The notes beneath the pieces were generated by a model. That model ran no database searches. It had not been told where the DNA came from and saw nothing but the letters and a program-made list of their open reading frames with translations. DNA of 64,000 nucleotides from Gammaproteobacteria bacterium (lineage in GTDB: Bacteria > Pseudomonadota > Gammaproteobacteria > Steroidobacterales > Rariloculaceae). Below, in pieces: positions 9,786 to 22,031 of the stretch. The position numbers were made by a program, and so were the translations under genes. Within the stretch, counting starts at the first letter, position 1. The number at the start of each line of letters is the position of its first letter. The stretch spans positions 33,061-97,060 of the forward strand of contig DASWKF010000094.1 of assembly GCA_036396795.1 (NCBI GenBank), given 5' to 3'.

Positions 9786-10958
9786 TTGAATCTTCACGAG
9801 TACCAATCCAAGGCCCTGTTCGCCGAGTTTGCCATCCCTGTGCCGCAAGGACGCGTCGCGGCCAGCGCCGCAGAGGCCGCCGCAGCCGCCGAGGCCCTCG
9901 GCGGCGAGCTCTGGGTCGTCAAGGCGCAGGTCCACGCCGGCGGCAGAGGCAAGGCCGGCGGCGTGCGCCTGGCCCGATCGGTGAACGAGGTCCGCGAGCA
10001 CGCCGCGGCATTGCTGGGCACGCGCCTGGTCACCCACCAGAGCGGCCCCGAAGGACTGCCCGTCGACGCCGTCTACGTCGAGCAGGGCTCGAAAATCGCG
10101 CGCGAGCTCTACTTGAGCTTGCTCGTCGATCGCGGCAAGGAGCGCATCGTCATCATGGGCTCGGCGGCCGGCGGCATGGATATCGAAGCCGTCGCCGCAC
10201 AGACGCCCGAGAAGATCCTGAGCACGGCCATCCATCCGGCCGTGGGGCTCTCGGATTACCAGGCGCGCGAGCTCGGTTACGCCTTGGGCCTCGACCAACA
10301 GCAACAGCGAGAGCTGCATGACATCCTCGCCAAGCTCGTCGAGCTCTTCGACCGCTGCGATGCGAGCCTCGTCGAGATCAACCCGCTGATCGTCACCGAG
10401 TCCGGCGAGGTCGTCGCGCTCGATGCGAAGATCAACGTCGAGGACAACGCGCTGTTTCGCCAGCAACGCCTCGAGGCGCTGCGCGACGAGGCCCAGGAAA
10501 ACGAGCAGGAGCGCGCGGCGCGCGGTCACGACCTCAACTACGTCTCGCTGGACGGCAATATCGCCTGCATGGTCAACGGTGCGGGGCTCGCGATGGCGAC
10601 GATGGACCTCATCAAGCTGCACGGCGGGCAGCCCGCGAACTTTCTCGACGTCGGCGGCGGTGCCACCGCGCGCCGCGTGACCGAGGCGTTCAAGATCATT
10701 CTCGCCAATCCCAGGGTCGAGGCGATACTCGTCAACATCTTCGGCGGCATCGTGCGCTGCGATCTCATCGCCGAAGGCATCGTCGGCGCGGTCAAGGAAG
10801 TCGGCGTCAACCTTCCCGTGGTCGTGCGTCTCGAGGGCACCAACGTCGAGCAGGGCCGCCGCTTGCTCGCCGCAAGCCGGCTCGACATCGTCGCCGCCAA
10901 GGACCTGACCGACGCGGCCAAGAAAGTCATCAGCCTGGCCGGTCGAGGCGGCTCATGA
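9786..10958 (+). CDS. sucC: Succinyl-CoA synthetase beta subunit
   Basis: TTG start gives (M)[21 protein letters not shown], the canonical SucC N-terminus, ~390 aa. The ORF-track upstream extension from 9528 was rejected. Confidence 0.93.
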   Translation: MNLHEYQSKALFAEFAIPVPQGRVAASAAEAAAAAEALGGELWVVKAQVHAGGRGKAGGVRLARSVNEVREHAAALLGTRLVTHQSGPEGLPVDAVYVEQGSKIARELYLSLLVDRGKERIVIMGSAAGGMDIEAVAAQTPEKILSTAIHPAVGLSDYQARELGYALGLDQQQQRELHDILAKLVELFDRCDASLVEINPLIVTESGEVVALDAKINVEDNALFRQQRLEALRDEAQENEQERAARGHDLNYVSLDGNIACMVNGAGLAMATMDLIKLHGGQPANFLDVGGGATARRVTEAFKIILANPRVEAILVNIFGGIVRCDLIAEGIVGAVKEVGVNLPVVVRLEGTNVEQGRRLLAASRLDIVAAKDLTDAAKKVISLAGRGGS

Positions 10959-11824
10959 GCGTCCTCGTCGATACAAGCTCCAAGGTCATCTGCCAGGGGA
11001 TCACCGGGCGCCAGGGCAGCTTCCATAGCGAGCAGTGCCTGGCCTACGGCACGCAGGTCGTCGCCGGGGTCACGCCCGGCCGCGGCGGCCAGCAGCATCT
11101 GGGGCTCGCGGTCTACGACACCGTGCGCGAAGCCGTCAAGGCGACGGGCGCCACTGTGAGCATGATCTATGTCCCAGCCCCCTACGCCGCCGACGCCGTG
11201 CTCGAGGCCGCCGACGCAGGGCTAGAGCTCATCGTCTGCATCACCGAAGGCGTGCCGGTGCTCGACATGGTGCGCGTCAAAGCGGCCCTCGCAGGGGCGC
11301 CCTGTCGCCTCATCGGGCCGAACTGCCCGGGGATCATCACGCCCGGCGGCGCGAAGATCGGTATCATGCCCGGGTTCATTCATTCGCCAGGCTCAGTCGG
11401 CATCATCTCGCGCTCAGGCACTTTGACCTACGAAGCCGTGTTGCAGACGACCACGCGCGGTCTGGGTCAAACCACCTGCATCGGCATCGGCGGCGACCCG
11501 GTGCGCGGCATGAACTTCATCGACTGCCTGGCGCTGTTCGAGGCCGATCCCGACACCCGCGGCATCATCATGGTCGGCGAGATCGGCGGCGCCGATGAGG
11601 AAGCCGCCGCGGAGTACATAGAAAGCCACGTCACCAAGCCCGTGGTCGCCTACATCGCCGGCGTGACCGCGCCGCCGGGCAAGCGCATGGGGCACGCCGG
11701 CGCGATCATCTCCGGCGGCAAGGGCACGGCGGAGGAGAAATACCGCGCCTTGGAAAAGGCCGGTGCCCGCACCGTGCGCTCTCCCGCCGATCTCGGAGTG
11801 GCGATGGCCGAGGCGCTGGAGTGA
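10955..11824 (+). CDS. sucD: Succinyl-CoA synthetase alpha subunit
   Basis: 289 aa. SRSGTLTYE and the phosphohistidine loop [14 protein letters not shown]. Start overlaps the sucC stop. Confidence 0.95.
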   Translation: MSVLVDTSSKVICQGITGRQGSFHSEQCLAYGTQVVAGVTPGRGGQQHLGLAVYDTVREAVKATGATVSMIYVPAPYAADAVLEAADAGLELIVCITEGVPVLDMVRVKAALAGAPCRLIGPNCPGIITPGGAKIGIMPGFIHSPGSVGIISRSGTLTYEAVLQTTTRGLGQTTCIGIGGDPVRGMNFIDCLALFEADPDTRGIIMVGEIGGADEEAAAEYIESHVTKPVVAYIAGVTAPPGKRMGHAGAIISGGKGTAEEKYRALEKAGARTVRSPADLGVAMAEALE

Positions 11825-13416
11825 AGATCGGGCTGGCGCAGATCAACACCCATGTGGGTGCGATCAGCACCAATACCCAGGTCGTGCTCGACACCGCCCG
11901 CCGCGCCCGCGACGACTTGGGCTGCGACGTCGTGGTCTTCCCCGAGCTCGCGCTCTCAGGCTATCCGCCTGAGGATCTGCTCTTCCACCGCGGCATGCGC
12001 TTGCGCGTCGAGGCGGCGCTCGACAGCTTGCTCAACAACCTCGAAGGCATCGCCGTCTACGTCGGTTATCCGGAATATTCCGACACCGCGATCTACAACG
12101 CCGCCGCATTCCTGTACAACGGCGAGATCCTCGCACGGCACCGCAAGATCGTGCTGCCGAACTATGCAGTCTTCGACGAAAAGCGCTATTTCCAGCCCGG
12201 CGAGGGAGCCACCGTGATCGAGTTCGGCGGCTTGCGCCTGGGTCTTACGATCTGCGAGGACGTATGGGAGCCAGAGCCGGTGCTGGCGGCGAAGGCGGCC
12301 GGCGCCGAGCTGCTGCTGGTGTGCAACGGCTCACCCTACCACCTCGGCAAGCAACAAAGCCGCGAGCGGCTGCTTGCCGAGCGCTGCCGCAGCACAAATC
12401 TTCCGATCGTCTACGTCAATATGGTCGGCGGGCAGGACGAGCTGGTATTCGACGGCGGCTCGGTCGTGCTCGACGCCAAAGGCGAGCTCAGGTACCGCGC
12501 CCCGGCCTTCGCCGAAGGCCTGTTCGCGATCGAGCTCGACGCCGCCGAAGTCCCGCAGCAGGAGCTCGCGCCGCTGTTGCCGCTCACCGAGAGCATCTAT
12601 GCGGCGCTGACGACCGGCACCCGCGATTACGTCAACAAGAACGGCTTCCAGAGCGTGGTGCTGGGTCTTTCCGGCGGCGCCGATTCGGCGCTGACGCTGT
12701 GCGTCGCGGTCGACGCGCTCGGCGCCGACCGCGTGCACGCGGTGATGATGCCGTCGCGGTACACCTCGGCGATGAGCCTCGAGGACGCCGAGCTTCAGAC
12801 GCAGTCGCTCGGCGTGCGCTACGACGTCTTGAGCATAGAGCCGATCTTCGAGACGACGCAGAGCGTGCTCGCGGAGGTATTCACCGGGCTGCCTGCAGAT
12901 GCCACCGAGGAGAACATGCAGGCGCGCTGCCGCGGCATCCTGCTGATGGCGCTGTCCAACAAGCTCGGCCGCCTGTTGCTGACCACCGGCAACAAGAGCG
13001 AGATGGCCGTGGGCTATGCGACTTTGTACGGCGACATGGCCGGCGGCTTCGCGCCGCTCAAGGACTGCACCAAGACGCTCGTCTACCAGCTTGCCCACTA
13101 CCGTAACGGGCTCGCGACCGTGATTCCCCAGCGCGTCCTCACGCGCGAGCCCACGGCGGAGCTTCGGCCCGACCAGAAGGACGTCGACTCGCTGCCGCCC
13201 TATGAGGTCCTCGATCCGATACTCGAAGCCTTCATCGAAAAGGATTATTCCGTCGATCAGATCGCCGAGCTCGGCTTCGACCGGGCGATCGTGGGCCGCG
13301 TGCTGGAGATGGTCAAACGCGCCGAGTACAAGCGCCGTCAGGCGCCGCCGGGTGTGCGTGTATCGGGCCGCGCCTTCGGCCGGGATTGGCGCTATCCGAT
13401 CACGTCGGGTTATTGA
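11821..13416 (+). CDS. nadE: Glutamine-dependent NAD+ synthetase
   Basis: 531 aa. N-terminal CN-hydrolase domain plus a C-terminal synthetase domain with [11 protein letters not shown]-loop. GTG start overlaps the sucD stop. Confidence 0.9.
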   Translation: MKIGLAQINTHVGAISTNTQVVLDTARRARDDLGCDVVVFPELALSGYPPEDLLFHRGMRLRVEAALDSLLNNLEGIAVYVGYPEYSDTAIYNAAAFLYNGEILARHRKIVLPNYAVFDEKRYFQPGEGATVIEFGGLRLGLTICEDVWEPEPVLAAKAAGAELLLVCNGSPYHLGKQQSRERLLAERCRSTNLPIVYVNMVGGQDELVFDGGSVVLDAKGELRYRAPAFAEGLFAIELDAAEVPQQELAPLLPLTESIYAALTTGTRDYVNKNGFQSVVLGLSGGADSALTLCVAVDALGADRVHAVMMPSRYTSAMSLEDAELQTQSLGVRYDVLSIEPIFETTQSVLAEVFTGLPADATEENMQARCRGILLMALSNKLGRLLLTTGNKSEMAVGYATLYGDMAGGFAPLKDCTKTLVYQLAHYRNGLATVIPQRVLTREPTAELRPDQKDVDSLPPYEVLDPILEAFIEKDYSVDQIAELGFDRAIVGRVLEMVKRAEYKRRQAPPGVRVSGRAFGRDWRYPITSGY

Positions 13417-14171
13417 GCCGCGGCGAGCTCGCTGCGCGTGGCGTTGAGCACGCGGCGAGCATCCGCCGCCAGATCCATCATGCCGAGCGTCTCATAAGCT
13501 TCGACCATGATCTCGAGCGCCCTCTCGACCTGGGGAGCGCCGGGGTAATGCTCCACGGTGTATTTGGCGCGATTCACCGCCGCGACGTAGGCCTCGCGGC
13601 GCATGTAGTACTCGGCGACGTGGTTCTCGTAGGCGGCGAGGCGGTTGCGTAAGAAGATCATGCGCTCGCGCGCGTCGGCCACGTATTGACTCTCGGGGAA
13701 GCGCCGCAGCAGCTCCTGAAAGACGCTGAAGGCCTGCAAGGTATCGCGCGGCGGGCGTTCCGTGAGATCGACGCGAAACACGCGCTCGACCCAGTTCGGC
13801 GCCTGATCGAAGTGCGCGAGGCCGCGCATGTATAAGCAGTAATCCACGCGCGGGTGGGTCGGATTCTCGCGTTCGAAAGCCTCGGCGGCGTCGATGGCCG
13901 ACTCCCGCTCGCGATTTCTATAATAAGCGTAGATCATGTCGAGCTGCGCCTGGCGGGTGACGTTGGCGAACGGGTAACGTGCCTGCAGCGCCTGGAAATA
14001 CAACAATGCGTCGCGGAAGTCGCCGGCCTGCATGGCCTCGACGCCGAGCCCATAGATGACTTCCGGGCCCTCGCCCGGCAGGATGGCGCTGCGGCGGTTG
14101 TTGCAACCGGCGACCGCCATGGCCGCCAATAGACCGAGCAGCAGTGTTTTCAGCAAAGTACGCACGCCCAA
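13410..14171 (-). CDS. bamD: Outer membrane protein assembly factor BamD (lipoprotein, TPR-like)
   Basis: Lipobox LAAMAVAGC, then a YfiO/BamD-type TPR sequence. Divergent from rluD as in E. coli. Start is TTG 14171 or GTG 14165. Confidence 0.88.
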   Translation of the reverse strand: MGVRTLLKTLLLGLLAAMAVAGCNNRRSAILPGEGPEVIYGLGVEAMQAGDFRDALLYFQALQARYPFANVTRQAQLDMIYAYYRNRERESAIDAAEAFERENPTHPRVDYCLYMRGLAHFDQAPNWVERVFRVDLTERPPRDTLQAFSVFQELLRRFPESQYVADARERMIFLRNRLAAYENHVAEYYMRREAYVAAVNRAKYTVEHYPGAPQVERALEIMVEAYETLGMMDLAADARRVLNATRSELAAAQ

Positions 14172-14259
14172 TTCGCCTCATCGCCGTGTTTGCGCCACGG
14201 CTACCTGCTTGGTGTTGCAGTATAGCGAAAAGTTTCCCCGGCTCTGAGGTGCCTCGAGC

Positions 14260-15243
14260 GTGAGCCGCATCAGCCGGGAGACCCGCGTGCCGGCGAATCT
14301 CGCCGGGCGGCGCTTCGATCAGGCGGCCGCCGAGCTGATCCCGGAGTTCTCGAGAAGCCTTCTCAAGACCTGGATCGAATCCGGGGAGCTCACGCTCGCG
14401 GGTCGGCAGGCAAAGCCTAAGACCCGCGTCGCCGGGGGCGAGGCGATCCGCCTGGATGCTGAGCCGGCGCTCGAGGTCGAGCTCGAGCCCGAGGCGATCG
14501 CGCTCACGCTCGTCTACGAGGATCGCGAGCTGCTGGTGATCGACAAGCCCGCCGGCCTGGTTGTGCACCCCGGCGCCGGTAACCGCTCGGGCACGCTGCA
14601 AAACGCCCTGCTCGCTCACGATCCCGCGCTCGGCATAGTGCCGCGCGCCGGCATCGTCCACCGTCTCGACAAGGACACCACGGGGCTGCTGCTGATCGCG
14701 CGGACGCTGCCGGCGCACCAGGCGCTCGTCGCTCAGCTCGAGCGACGCGAGATCCGGCGCGTTTATCGAGGCGTTTGCCAGGGTGTGCTCACGGGCGGCG
14801 GCACGGTCGAGGCGCCCATCGGCCGGCATCCGCGCAATCGCGTGCGCATGGCCGTCAGCGAGCGCGGCCGCGAGGCCGTCACCCGCTATCGCGTGGTGGA
14901 ACGCTTTCGCGCCCAAACGCAGCTCGAGCTCACGCTCGAAACCGGGCGCACGCACCAGATCCGCGTGCATATGGCGCACCTGCGCCACCCGCTCGTCGGC
15001 GATCCGCTCTACGGCGGGCGGCCGCGCTGGCCCAAGGCGCCGAGCGCCGGCCTCTCCGAGGCGCTCAAAGATTTTCGCCGCCAGGCCCTGCACGCCGTGC
15101 GGCTCGAGCTCGAGCACCCGCTCTCGGGCCGGCCGCTCGAGCTCGAAAGCGCGCTGCCCGACGACATGAGCTCGCTGCTCGAGGCGCTGCGCGCCGATGC
15201 GATGCCGCCCGTCGAGCGTTCCGCCGGAGCCGGCCATGATTGA
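14260..15243 (+). CDS. rluD: 23S rRNA pseudouridine synthase RluD
   Basis: S4 domain at the N-terminus, catalytic HRLDKDTTGLLL motif, 327 aa, GTG start. Confidence 0.9.
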   Translation: MSRISRETRVPANLAGRRFDQAAAELIPEFSRSLLKTWIESGELTLAGRQAKPKTRVAGGEAIRLDAEPALEVELEPEAIALTLVYEDRELLVIDKPAGLVVHPGAGNRSGTLQNALLAHDPALGIVPRAGIVHRLDKDTTGLLLIARTLPAHQALVAQLERREIRRVYRGVCQGVLTGGGTVEAPIGRHPRNRVRMAVSERGREAVTRYRVVERFRAQTQLELTLETGRTHQIRVHMAHLRHPLVGDPLYGGRPRWPKAPSAGLSEALKDFRRQALHAVRLELEHPLSGRPLELESALPDDMSSLLEALRADAMPPVERSAGAGHD

Positions 15244-15958
15244 GCCGGACTGGCCGGCGCCGCCGCGCGTCAGGGCCGTCTCGACGCAACGCTCGGGCGG
15301 CATCAGCCGCGGCGCTTATACGAGCCTCAATCTCGCCGCCCACGTCGGCGACGACCCGAGGCGCGTCGCAGCGAACCGCCGCGCGCTCACTGAGGCGCTC
15401 GGGCTTGCCGGCGAGCCTGCGTGGCTTACGCAAGTGCATGGCACGACCATCGTCGATCTCGACAGCGAAGCGGCCGGCGAGGCCGACGGCGCCGTGACCG
15501 GCCGCGCCGGCAAAGTCTGCGTCGTCATGACCGCTGATTGCCTACCGGTGCTGTTGACGAATCGCGCCGGCTCCCGGGTGGCCGCCGCGCATGCGGGCTG
15601 GCGCGGCCTGCTCGCGGGCGTGCTGCCGGCCACCGTCCGGCGCCTGGGCGGGCCGCCGGAGGAGATCCTCGCCTGGCTGGGTCCGGCGATTGGTCCGGCG
15701 AGCTACGAGGTCGGCCCCGAGCTCAAAGCCGCCTTCGACGCCGCGGACCCCGGCTCGGAGCGGTATTTCCGGCCAGGGCGCGGCGACCGCTGGCTCGCCG
15801 ACCTCTACGGCTTGGCGAGCTCGAGCCTGCGTGCCGCGGGGGTCACGACGATCCATGGCGGGGGTTTTTGCACCTACGCCGAATCCAAGCGATTCTTCTC
15901 CCACCGTCGCCAGGCCCCTTGCGGCCGGATGGCGACCTTGATATGGCTCGGCGAGTAG
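15236..15958 (+). CDS. pgeF: Peptidoglycan editing factor PgeF (YfiH / laccase-domain family)
   Basis: MIEPDWPAP...VHG...ADC..V... pattern of the YfiH family. ATGA overlap with the rluD stop. bamD-rluD-yfiH-clpB synteny. Confidence 0.85.
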   Translation: MIEPDWPAPPRVRAVSTQRSGGISRGAYTSLNLAAHVGDDPRRVAANRRALTEALGLAGEPAWLTQVHGTTIVDLDSEAAGEADGAVTGRAGKVCVVMTADCLPVLLTNRAGSRVAAAHAGWRGLLAGVLPATVRRLGGPPEEILAWLGPAIGPASYEVGPELKAAFDAADPGSERYFRPGRGDRWLADLYGLASSSLRAAGVTTIHGGGFCTYAESKRFFSHRRQAPCGRMATLIWLGE

Positions 15959-15977
15959 GCGCCGGGCAGGCTTGCGG

Positions 15978-16005
15978 CTTGAACTCGCGCGCCGCGGGCC
16001 CCATA
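15978..16005 (+). promoter_or_regulatory. Putative sigma-32 (RpoH) heat-shock promoter of clpB
   Basis: CTTGAAC-N14-CCCCATAC, 35-60 nt upstream of the clpB ATG. Matches the CTTGAAA / CCCCATNT consensus. Confidence 0.55.
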
Positions 16006-16038
16006 CACTCAACGATTCCGACATAGGACCCGATCCGC

Positions 16039-18636
16039 ATGCGCATGGACAAACTCACGAGCAAGTTCCAGCTGGCCCTTGCGGACGCCCAGTCGCTGGC
16101 CGTCGGGCGCGACCATCAGTTCATCGAGCCCGTGCATCTCATGTCCGCGCTGCTCGAGCAGGAGGGCGGGGGCATCACGGGCCTTCTGACCAAGGTCGGC
16201 GTCAACATGCGCCAGCTGCGCTCGCAGCTCGGCGAGGCCTTGGACCGGTTGCCGACCGTCGAAGGTACCGAGCCCGGCGAGCTGCACATCTCCAACGAGC
16301 TCGGCAAATTGCTCAACGTAGCCGACAAGCTCGCCCAGCAGCGTGGCGATTCCTACGTTTCGAGTGAATTGTTCGTGCTTGCGGCGTTGCAGGGCCGGGG
16401 TGACCTCGCGCGGCTTCTCGAAGCCGCGGGCGCCGTCAAAGGCGCGCTCGAAAAGGCCGTCGACGAGCTGCGCGGCGGCGCGACCGTCGAAGATCCGAAC
16501 GCCGAGGAGACGCGCCAGGCGCTCGACAAGTACACCATCGACCTCACCGACCGCGCCGAGCGCGGCAAGCTCGATCCGGTGATCGGCCGAGACGATGAGA
16601 TCCGGCGCACGATTCAGGTCCTGCAGCGACGCACCAAGAACAACCCGGTGCTGATCGGCGAGCCGGGCGTCGGCAAGACCGCGATCGTCGAGGGGCTCGC
16701 GCAGCGCATCGTCAACGGCGAGGTGCCCGAAGGGCTCAAGTCCAAACGCATCCTCGCGCTCGATCTCGGCGCCCTGATCGCCGGCGCCAAGTTTCGCGGC
16801 GAGTTCGAGGAGCGGCTCAAGGCCGTGCTCAACGAGCTCGCCAAGCAGGAAGGCCAGATCATTCTGTTCGTCGACGAGCTGCACACCATGGTCGGCGCGG
16901 GCAAGGCCGAAGGCGCGATGGACGCCGGCAATATGCTCAAACCCGCGCTTGCGCGCGGCGAGCTGCATTGCGTCGGCGCGACCACGCTCGATGAGTATCG
17001 CAAGTACGTCGAGAAGGACGCGGCGCTCGAGCGCCGCTTCCAGAAAGTCCTCGTCGACGAGCCTTCCGTCGAGGACACGATCGCGATCCTGCGCGGCTTG
17101 AAGGAACGCTACGAGGTGCACCACGGCGTCGAGATCACCGATCCCGCGATCGTCGCCGCGGCGACGCTGTCGCACCGCTATATCAGCGACCGGCAGCTGC
17201 CCGACAAGGCCATCGACCTCATCGACGAGGCCGCCTCGCGCATTCGCATGGAGATCGACTCCAAGCCCGAGGAGCTGGACCGGCTCGAGCGGCGGCTCAT
17301 CCAGCTCAAGATCGAGCGCGAGGCGCTGAAGAAGGAATCCGACGACGCCTCCAAGCGCCGTCTCGGCGATCTCGAAGCCGAGATCGGCAAGCTCGAGCGC
17401 GAGTTCGCCGACCTCGAGGACGTCTGGAGGGCCGAGAAGGCCGCGATGCAGGGCGCGACGCACCTCAAGGAGGAACTCGAGCGCGCCAAGGTCGAACTCG
17501 AGCAGGCGCATCGCGCCGGCGATCTCGGCCGCATGTCGGAGCTGCAATACGGCCGCATTCCGGAGCTCGACAAGTCCCTCGCCGAGGCGCTCGCCCGTGA
17601 GCAGGACGAATACCGGCTGCTGCGCAATCGCGTCACCGAGGAAGAGGTCGCCGAGGTGGTGTCGAAGTGGACCGGTATTCCGATCACCAAGATGCTCGGG
17701 AGCGAGAAGGACAAGCTGCTCAAGATGGAGGCCTTCCTCGAGACGCGCGTCGTCGGCCAGGCCGAAGCGCTCACGACCGTGGCGAACGCGATCCGCCGCT
17801 CGCGCGCGGGGCTTTCCGATCCGCACCGGCCCAACGGCTCGTTCCTGTTTCTAGGGCCCACCGGTGTCGGCAAGACCGAGCTGACCAAGGCGCTCGCGAG
17901 CTTCATGTTCGACACCGACGAGGCGATGGTGCGCATCGACATGTCGGAGTTCATGGAGCAGCATTCGGTCGCCAGGCTCATCGGCGCGCCGCCCGGCTAC
18001 GTCGGCTATGAGGAAGGCGGCTACCTCACCGAGGCCGTGCGCCGCCGGCCGTACTCCGTGGTGCTGCTCGACGAGATCGAGAAAGCGCATCCGGACGTGT
18101 TCAACGTGCTGCTGCAGGTGCTCGACGACGGCCGCTTGACCGACGGCCACGGCCGCACCGTGGATTTCCGCAACACCGTGATCATCATGACCTCGAATCT
18201 CGGCAGCCAGCGTATCCAGGAGCTCGCCGGCGAGGAGAACTACGCGCGCATGAAGGCCGCCGTCATGGAGGTCGTCACGCAGCATTTTCGCCCCGAGTTC
18301 ATCAATCGCATCGACGACGTCGTCGTGTTCCACCCGCTGAACTCGGTGCATCTGCGCAAGATCGTCGACATTCAGCTCAGGTTTCTGCACGATCGGCTCG
18401 CCGAGCGCGACATGGGCCTGAGCCTCGACGACGCCGCGCGCGAGCGGCTCGCCGATGCCGGTTTCGATCCGGTCTACGGCGCCCGGCCGCTGAAGCGCGC
18501 GATCCAGCAGCAGCTCGAGAACCCGCTGGCGCAGCGCATCTTGAGCGGCGACTTCGAGCCCGGGGACACGATACGCGTGACCGCGAAGGCGGGCGGGCTC
18601 GATTTCGTCAAGGGCGAATCCGCCGCGGCCGCCTGA
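16039..18636 (+). CDS. clpB: Chaperone disaggregase ClpB
   Basis: 865 aa. [12 protein letters not shown]-terminus, two AAA+ modules ([18 protein letters not shown]) and a long middle coiled-coil. Confidence 0.97.
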   Translation: MRMDKLTSKFQLALADAQSLAVGRDHQFIEPVHLMSALLEQEGGGITGLLTKVGVNMRQLRSQLGEALDRLPTVEGTEPGELHISNELGKLLNVADKLAQQRGDSYVSSELFVLAALQGRGDLARLLEAAGAVKGALEKAVDELRGGATVEDPNAEETRQALDKYTIDLTDRAERGKLDPVIGRDDEIRRTIQVLQRRTKNNPVLIGEPGVGKTAIVEGLAQRIVNGEVPEGLKSKRILALDLGALIAGAKFRGEFEERLKAVLNELAKQEGQIILFVDELHTMVGAGKAEGAMDAGNMLKPALARGELHCVGATTLDEYRKYVEKDAALERRFQKVLVDEPSVEDTIAILRGLKERYEVHHGVEITDPAIVAAATLSHRYISDRQLPDKAIDLIDEAASRIRMEIDSKPEELDRLERRLIQLKIEREALKKESDDASKRRLGDLEAEIGKLEREFADLEDVWRAEKAAMQGATHLKEELERAKVELEQAHRAGDLGRMSELQYGRIPELDKSLAEALAREQDEYRLLRNRVTEEEVAEVVSKWTGIPITKMLGSEKDKLLKMEAFLETRVVGQAEALTTVANAIRRSRAGLSDPHRPNGSFLFLGPTGVGKTELTKALASFMFDTDEAMVRIDMSEFMEQHSVARLIGAPPGYVGYEEGGYLTEAVRRRPYSVVLLDEIEKAHPDVFNVLLQVLDDGRLTDGHGRTVDFRNTVIIMTSNLGSQRIQELAGEENYARMKAAVMEVVTQHFRPEFINRIDDVVVFHPLNSVHLRKIVDIQLRFLHDRLAERDMGLSLDDAARERLADAGFDPVYGARPLKRAIQQQLENPLAQRILSGDFEPGDTIRVTAKAGGLDFVKGESAAAA

Positions 18637-18730
18637 GCGATGCTCGAAATTCCAAAGTCAGCCCTTGAAATGCCGGCGTATGCCTCTAAGAATACGCGAC
18701 CGAAAAATCCGATGAGTTGAGAGCGGACCG

Positions 18731-19069
18731 ATGCCTATCTACGAGTATCGCTGCCAGTCTTGCGGCCACGAGCTGGACGCTCTGCAAAAGCTCAGCGACG
18801 CGCCGCTGACGGTTTGTCCCGGCTGCGAGCAGCCGGCGCTGCGGCGGCTCGTCTCGGCGCCGCGGTTCCGCTTGAAGGGCGGCGGCTGGTACGAGACTGA
18901 TTTCAAGTCCGACAAGGAAACCAAGCGCAATCTGGCCGAAAGCCCCGCGGACAAGCCCGCCGCGAGCGACGCCAAGCCGAAGGACGCCGCGACCAAGGAC
19001 ACCCAATCCAGCGACGCGCCCGCCAAGCCCGCGGCGGCCAAGACCGATCCCGGCAACGCGGCGGCTTGA
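18731..19069 (+). CDS. FmdB-family zinc-ribbon protein
   Basis: MPIYEYRCQSCGHE...CPGC zinc ribbon (CxxC...CxxC) with a low-complexity C-terminal tail. Confidence 0.8.
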   Translation: MPIYEYRCQSCGHELDALQKLSDAPLTVCPGCEQPALRRLVSAPRFRLKGGGWYETDFKSDKETKRNLAESPADKPAASDAKPKDAATKDTQSSDAPAKPAAAKTDPGNAAA

Positions 19070-19084
19070 GTCCGCCCCAGGCAC

Positions 19085-19747
19085 GTGAAGCTTCACTTAC
19101 GCCGGTATCTCGTGGCGGGCTTGCTCGTCTGGCTGCCCATCGGCGTGACCATCCTGGTGTTCTCGCTGATGTTCGACCTCATGGACCGGCTGCTGCTGTT
19201 GTTGCCGAGCGCCTATCGGCCCGAGCAGCTGCTGGGGTTTCGGATACCGGGTCTCGGCGCCATCCTCGCGGTCATCGTGCTGCTCGCCACGGGGCTTGCG
19301 GCGGCGAACCTGCTTGGCCGGCGATTGGTGACGAGCTACGAAAGGCTGCTCGGGCGAATACCGATCGTGCGCAGCATCTACAGCGGCGTCAAGCATTTCG
19401 CCGAGGTGGTGTTCAGCGACTCCAACGCCTCGTTCAAGAAGGTGTTGCTGATCGAATACCCGCGCCCGGGCCTCTACAGCATCGCGTTTCAAACTTCGGA
19501 GAATCCCGAGGAAGTGCAGGCGCGCACGGGCGATGAGATCGTCACGGTGTTCTTGCCGACGACGCCGAACCCGACCTCGGGCTTCATGCTGTTCGTGCCG
19601 CGCAGCGCGGTCACCGAGCTCGACATGCCGGTCGAGGACGCTCTGAAGATGGTCATCTCGCTCGGCGTGGTGCTGCCGCGCTGGCACCCGGCGCACCCGA
19701 ACCGTGACGGCGGTGCCGAGCTTGCGCAGCCTCAGGCTTCCCCGTAA
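19085..19747 (+). CDS. DUF502-family membrane protein
   Basis: Two N-terminal TM helices, then conserved IPIVRSIYSGVK and TTPNPTSGF motifs typical of DUF502. GTG start. Confidence 0.75.
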   Translation: MKLHLRRYLVAGLLVWLPIGVTILVFSLMFDLMDRLLLLLPSAYRPEQLLGFRIPGLGAILAVIVLLATGLAAANLLGRRLVTSYERLLGRIPIVRSIYSGVKHFAEVVFSDSNASFKKVLLIEYPRPGLYSIAFQTSENPEEVQARTGDEIVTVFLPTTPNPTSGFMLFVPRSAVTELDMPVEDALKMVISLGVVLPRWHPAHPNRDGGAELAQPQASP

Positions 19748-19813
19748 CATCCGCCGTCTCTCGCGCTTTGCGCCTTGTCTTTCAATAGGTTGGCTCCTAC
19801 AAGGTTGGCCCCC

Positions 19814-21586
19814 ATGCGCACTCATTACTGCGGCCAAGTCACCGACGCGCTCATCGGCCAGGACGTCACGGTCGCCGGCTGGGTACACCGGCGCCGCGAC
19901 CACGGCGGCGTGATCTTCATCGATCTGCGGGATCGAGAGGGCCTGCTGCAAATCGTTTGCGATCCCGATTTCGCCGAGGTGTTCAGCGCCGCCGAGAAAG
20001 TGCGCAGCGAGTACGTGCTGACGATCACAGGCAAGCTGCGCGAGCGCCCCGAGGGCACGATCAATCCCGACTTGCCCACGGGCCGGGTGGAGCTGCTCGC
20101 GCATACGCTGACGATACTCAACGAGTCGAAGACGCCGCCGCTGCACCACGACGAGCACGCCGGCGAGGAGCTGCGCCTGCGCTATCGCTATCTCGACCTG
20201 CGCCGCGAGCAAATGCAGAAGAACCTTCGATTGCGTCATCGCGTCGCCAAGTCGGTGCGCGATTTTCTCGACGGCGCGGGTTTCATCGAGATGGAAACTC
20301 CGATCCTGACGAAGACCACGCCCGAAGGCGCGCGCGATTACCTCGTGCCGAGCCGCACGCATCCGGGCAAGTTTTTCGCCTTGCCGCAATCGCCGCAGCT
20401 GATGAAGCAGCTGCTCATGATGTCGGGCTTCGACCGCTACTATCAGATCGTCAAGTGCTTCCGCGACGAGGATTTGCGCGCCGACCGCCAGCCCGAGTTC
20501 ACGCAGATCGACGTCGAGACCGCGTTTCTCGACGAGGGCGCGATCATGGACGTCATGGAAACGATGATCCGCGAGATCTTCAAGCGCGTGCTCGAGGTCG
20601 ATTTGCCCACGCCCTTCCCGCGCCTCACCCATGCGCAGGCGATGCAGAGCTTCGGCCGCGACGCGCCCGATCTCAGGAACCCGTTGCGGCTCGTCGAGGT
20701 CGCCGATCTGCTTGCCGACGTCGAGTTCAAGGTCTTCGCCGGTCCCGCGGCCGATCCAGAGAGCCGCGTCGCAGCGATTCGGTTGCCGGGCGGCGCCAAG
20801 CTCACACGCAAGGAGATCGACGGCTACACCGACTTGGTCGGGCGCCACGGCGCCAAGGGCCTGGCTTATATAAAGGTGAACGACGCCCGCGCAGGCCTCG
20901 CCGGATTGCAATCGCCGATCCTGAAGTTCCTGCCCGAGGCGGCGGTGCGCGCGGTGCTCGAGCGCCTCGCTGCGGCGAGCGGCGATCTGCTGTTCTTCGG
21001 CGCCGACAAGGCCGCCGTCGTCAACGCGAGCTTAGGCGCGCTGCGCGACCAGCTCGGGCTCGACCTCGGATTGCTCGAAGGCGCGTGGCAGCCGCTGTGG
21101 GTGGTCGACTTCCCGGTGTTCGAGAAGGCTGCCGACGGCGGCTGGACGTCCTCGCATCATCCGTTCACGGCGCCGTATACGGCATCGGTGCAAGAGCTCA
21201 AGCGCGACCCGGGACGGACGCTTTCGCGCGCCTATGACATGGTGCTCAACGGCATCGAGATCGGCGGCGGATCGATCCGCATCCACCGTCCGGACATGCA
21301 GTCGGCGGTGTTCGAGGTGCTCGGGATCGGCGCGGAGGAAGCCGAGGCCAAGTTCGGATTTCTGTTGACGGCGATGGACTACGGCTGCCCGCCGCACGGC
21401 GGCATCGCTTTCGGCCTGGACCGGCTGGTGATGCTCATGGCGGGCGCCGAGACCATCCGCGACGTGATTGCGTTTCCGAAGACCCAAACCGCCAGCGATC
21501 TCCTGACCGGTGCGCCCAGCGAGGCTGCGGCCTCGCAGCTCGAAGAGGTCGGCATCCGCTTGCGCGCCCCGCCCCCGCGTGAGTGA
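19814..21586 (+). CDS. aspS: Aspartate--tRNA ligase
   Basis: MRTHYCGQV... N-terminus, class II motifs ([26 protein letters not shown]), 590 aa from ATG 19814. Confidence 0.95.
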   Translation: MRTHYCGQVTDALIGQDVTVAGWVHRRRDHGGVIFIDLRDREGLLQIVCDPDFAEVFSAAEKVRSEYVLTITGKLRERPEGTINPDLPTGRVELLAHTLTILNESKTPPLHHDEHAGEELRLRYRYLDLRREQMQKNLRLRHRVAKSVRDFLDGAGFIEMETPILTKTTPEGARDYLVPSRTHPGKFFALPQSPQLMKQLLMMSGFDRYYQIVKCFRDEDLRADRQPEFTQIDVETAFLDEGAIMDVMETMIREIFKRVLEVDLPTPFPRLTHAQAMQSFGRDAPDLRNPLRLVEVADLLADVEFKVFAGPAADPESRVAAIRLPGGAKLTRKEIDGYTDLVGRHGAKGLAYIKVNDARAGLAGLQSPILKFLPEAAVRAVLERLAAASGDLLFFGADKAAVVNASLGALRDQLGLDLGLLEGAWQPLWVVDFPVFEKAADGGWTSSHHPFTAPYTASVQELKRDPGRTLSRAYDMVLNGIEIGGGSIRIHRPDMQSAVFEVLGIGAEEAEAKFGFLLTAMDYGCPPHGGIAFGLDRLVMLMAGAETIRDVIAFPKTQTASDLLTGAPSEAAASQLEEVGIRLRAPPPRE

Positions 21587-22025
21587 GACGCGAAGCTACA
21601 AGCGTCCCGAATCGGTGCTCGTCGTCGTGCATACGCAGGACCTCGAATGTCTGCTGCTCGAACGCGTGCATCCGCAAGGCTTCTGGCAATCGGTGACCGG
21701 CAGCCTGCGCTGGGACGAGACGCCGCTTGATGCCGCCGCGCGCGAGCTTGAGGAGGAGACGGGCCTCGATCCCGCAGGTATGGCCGACGCCGGGACCGAG
21801 AGAAGCTTTCCGATTCTGCCGGCCTGGCGGCATCGTTATCCGCCCGACGTGAGCGCAAATCTCGAGCACTGGTTTTACCTCGCGATTCCGCAAGCCTGCG
21901 CGGTGCGCCTCAATCCCGGCGAGCACCGCGGCTACGAGTGGCTGGCGCTCGAGCCTGCGATCGAGCGCGCGAGCTCGTGGACCAATCGCGAGGCGCTGCA
22001 GCGGCTGCGCGGCGGTGGCGGCTGA
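21579..22025 (+). CDS. nudB: Dihydroneopterin triphosphate diphosphatase NudB (NUDIX)
   Basis: Nudix box [22 protein letters not shown], ~148 aa from GTG 21579 overlapping the aspS end. aspS-nudB adjacency as in E. coli. Confidence 0.75.
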   Translation: MSETRSYKRPESVLVVVHTQDLECLLLERVHPQGFWQSVTGSLRWDETPLDAAARELEEETGLDPAGMADAGTERSFPILPAWRHRYPPDVSANLEHWFYLAIPQACAVRLNPGEHRGYEWLALEPAIERASSWTNREALQRLRGGGG

Positions 22026-22031
22026 AGCGTC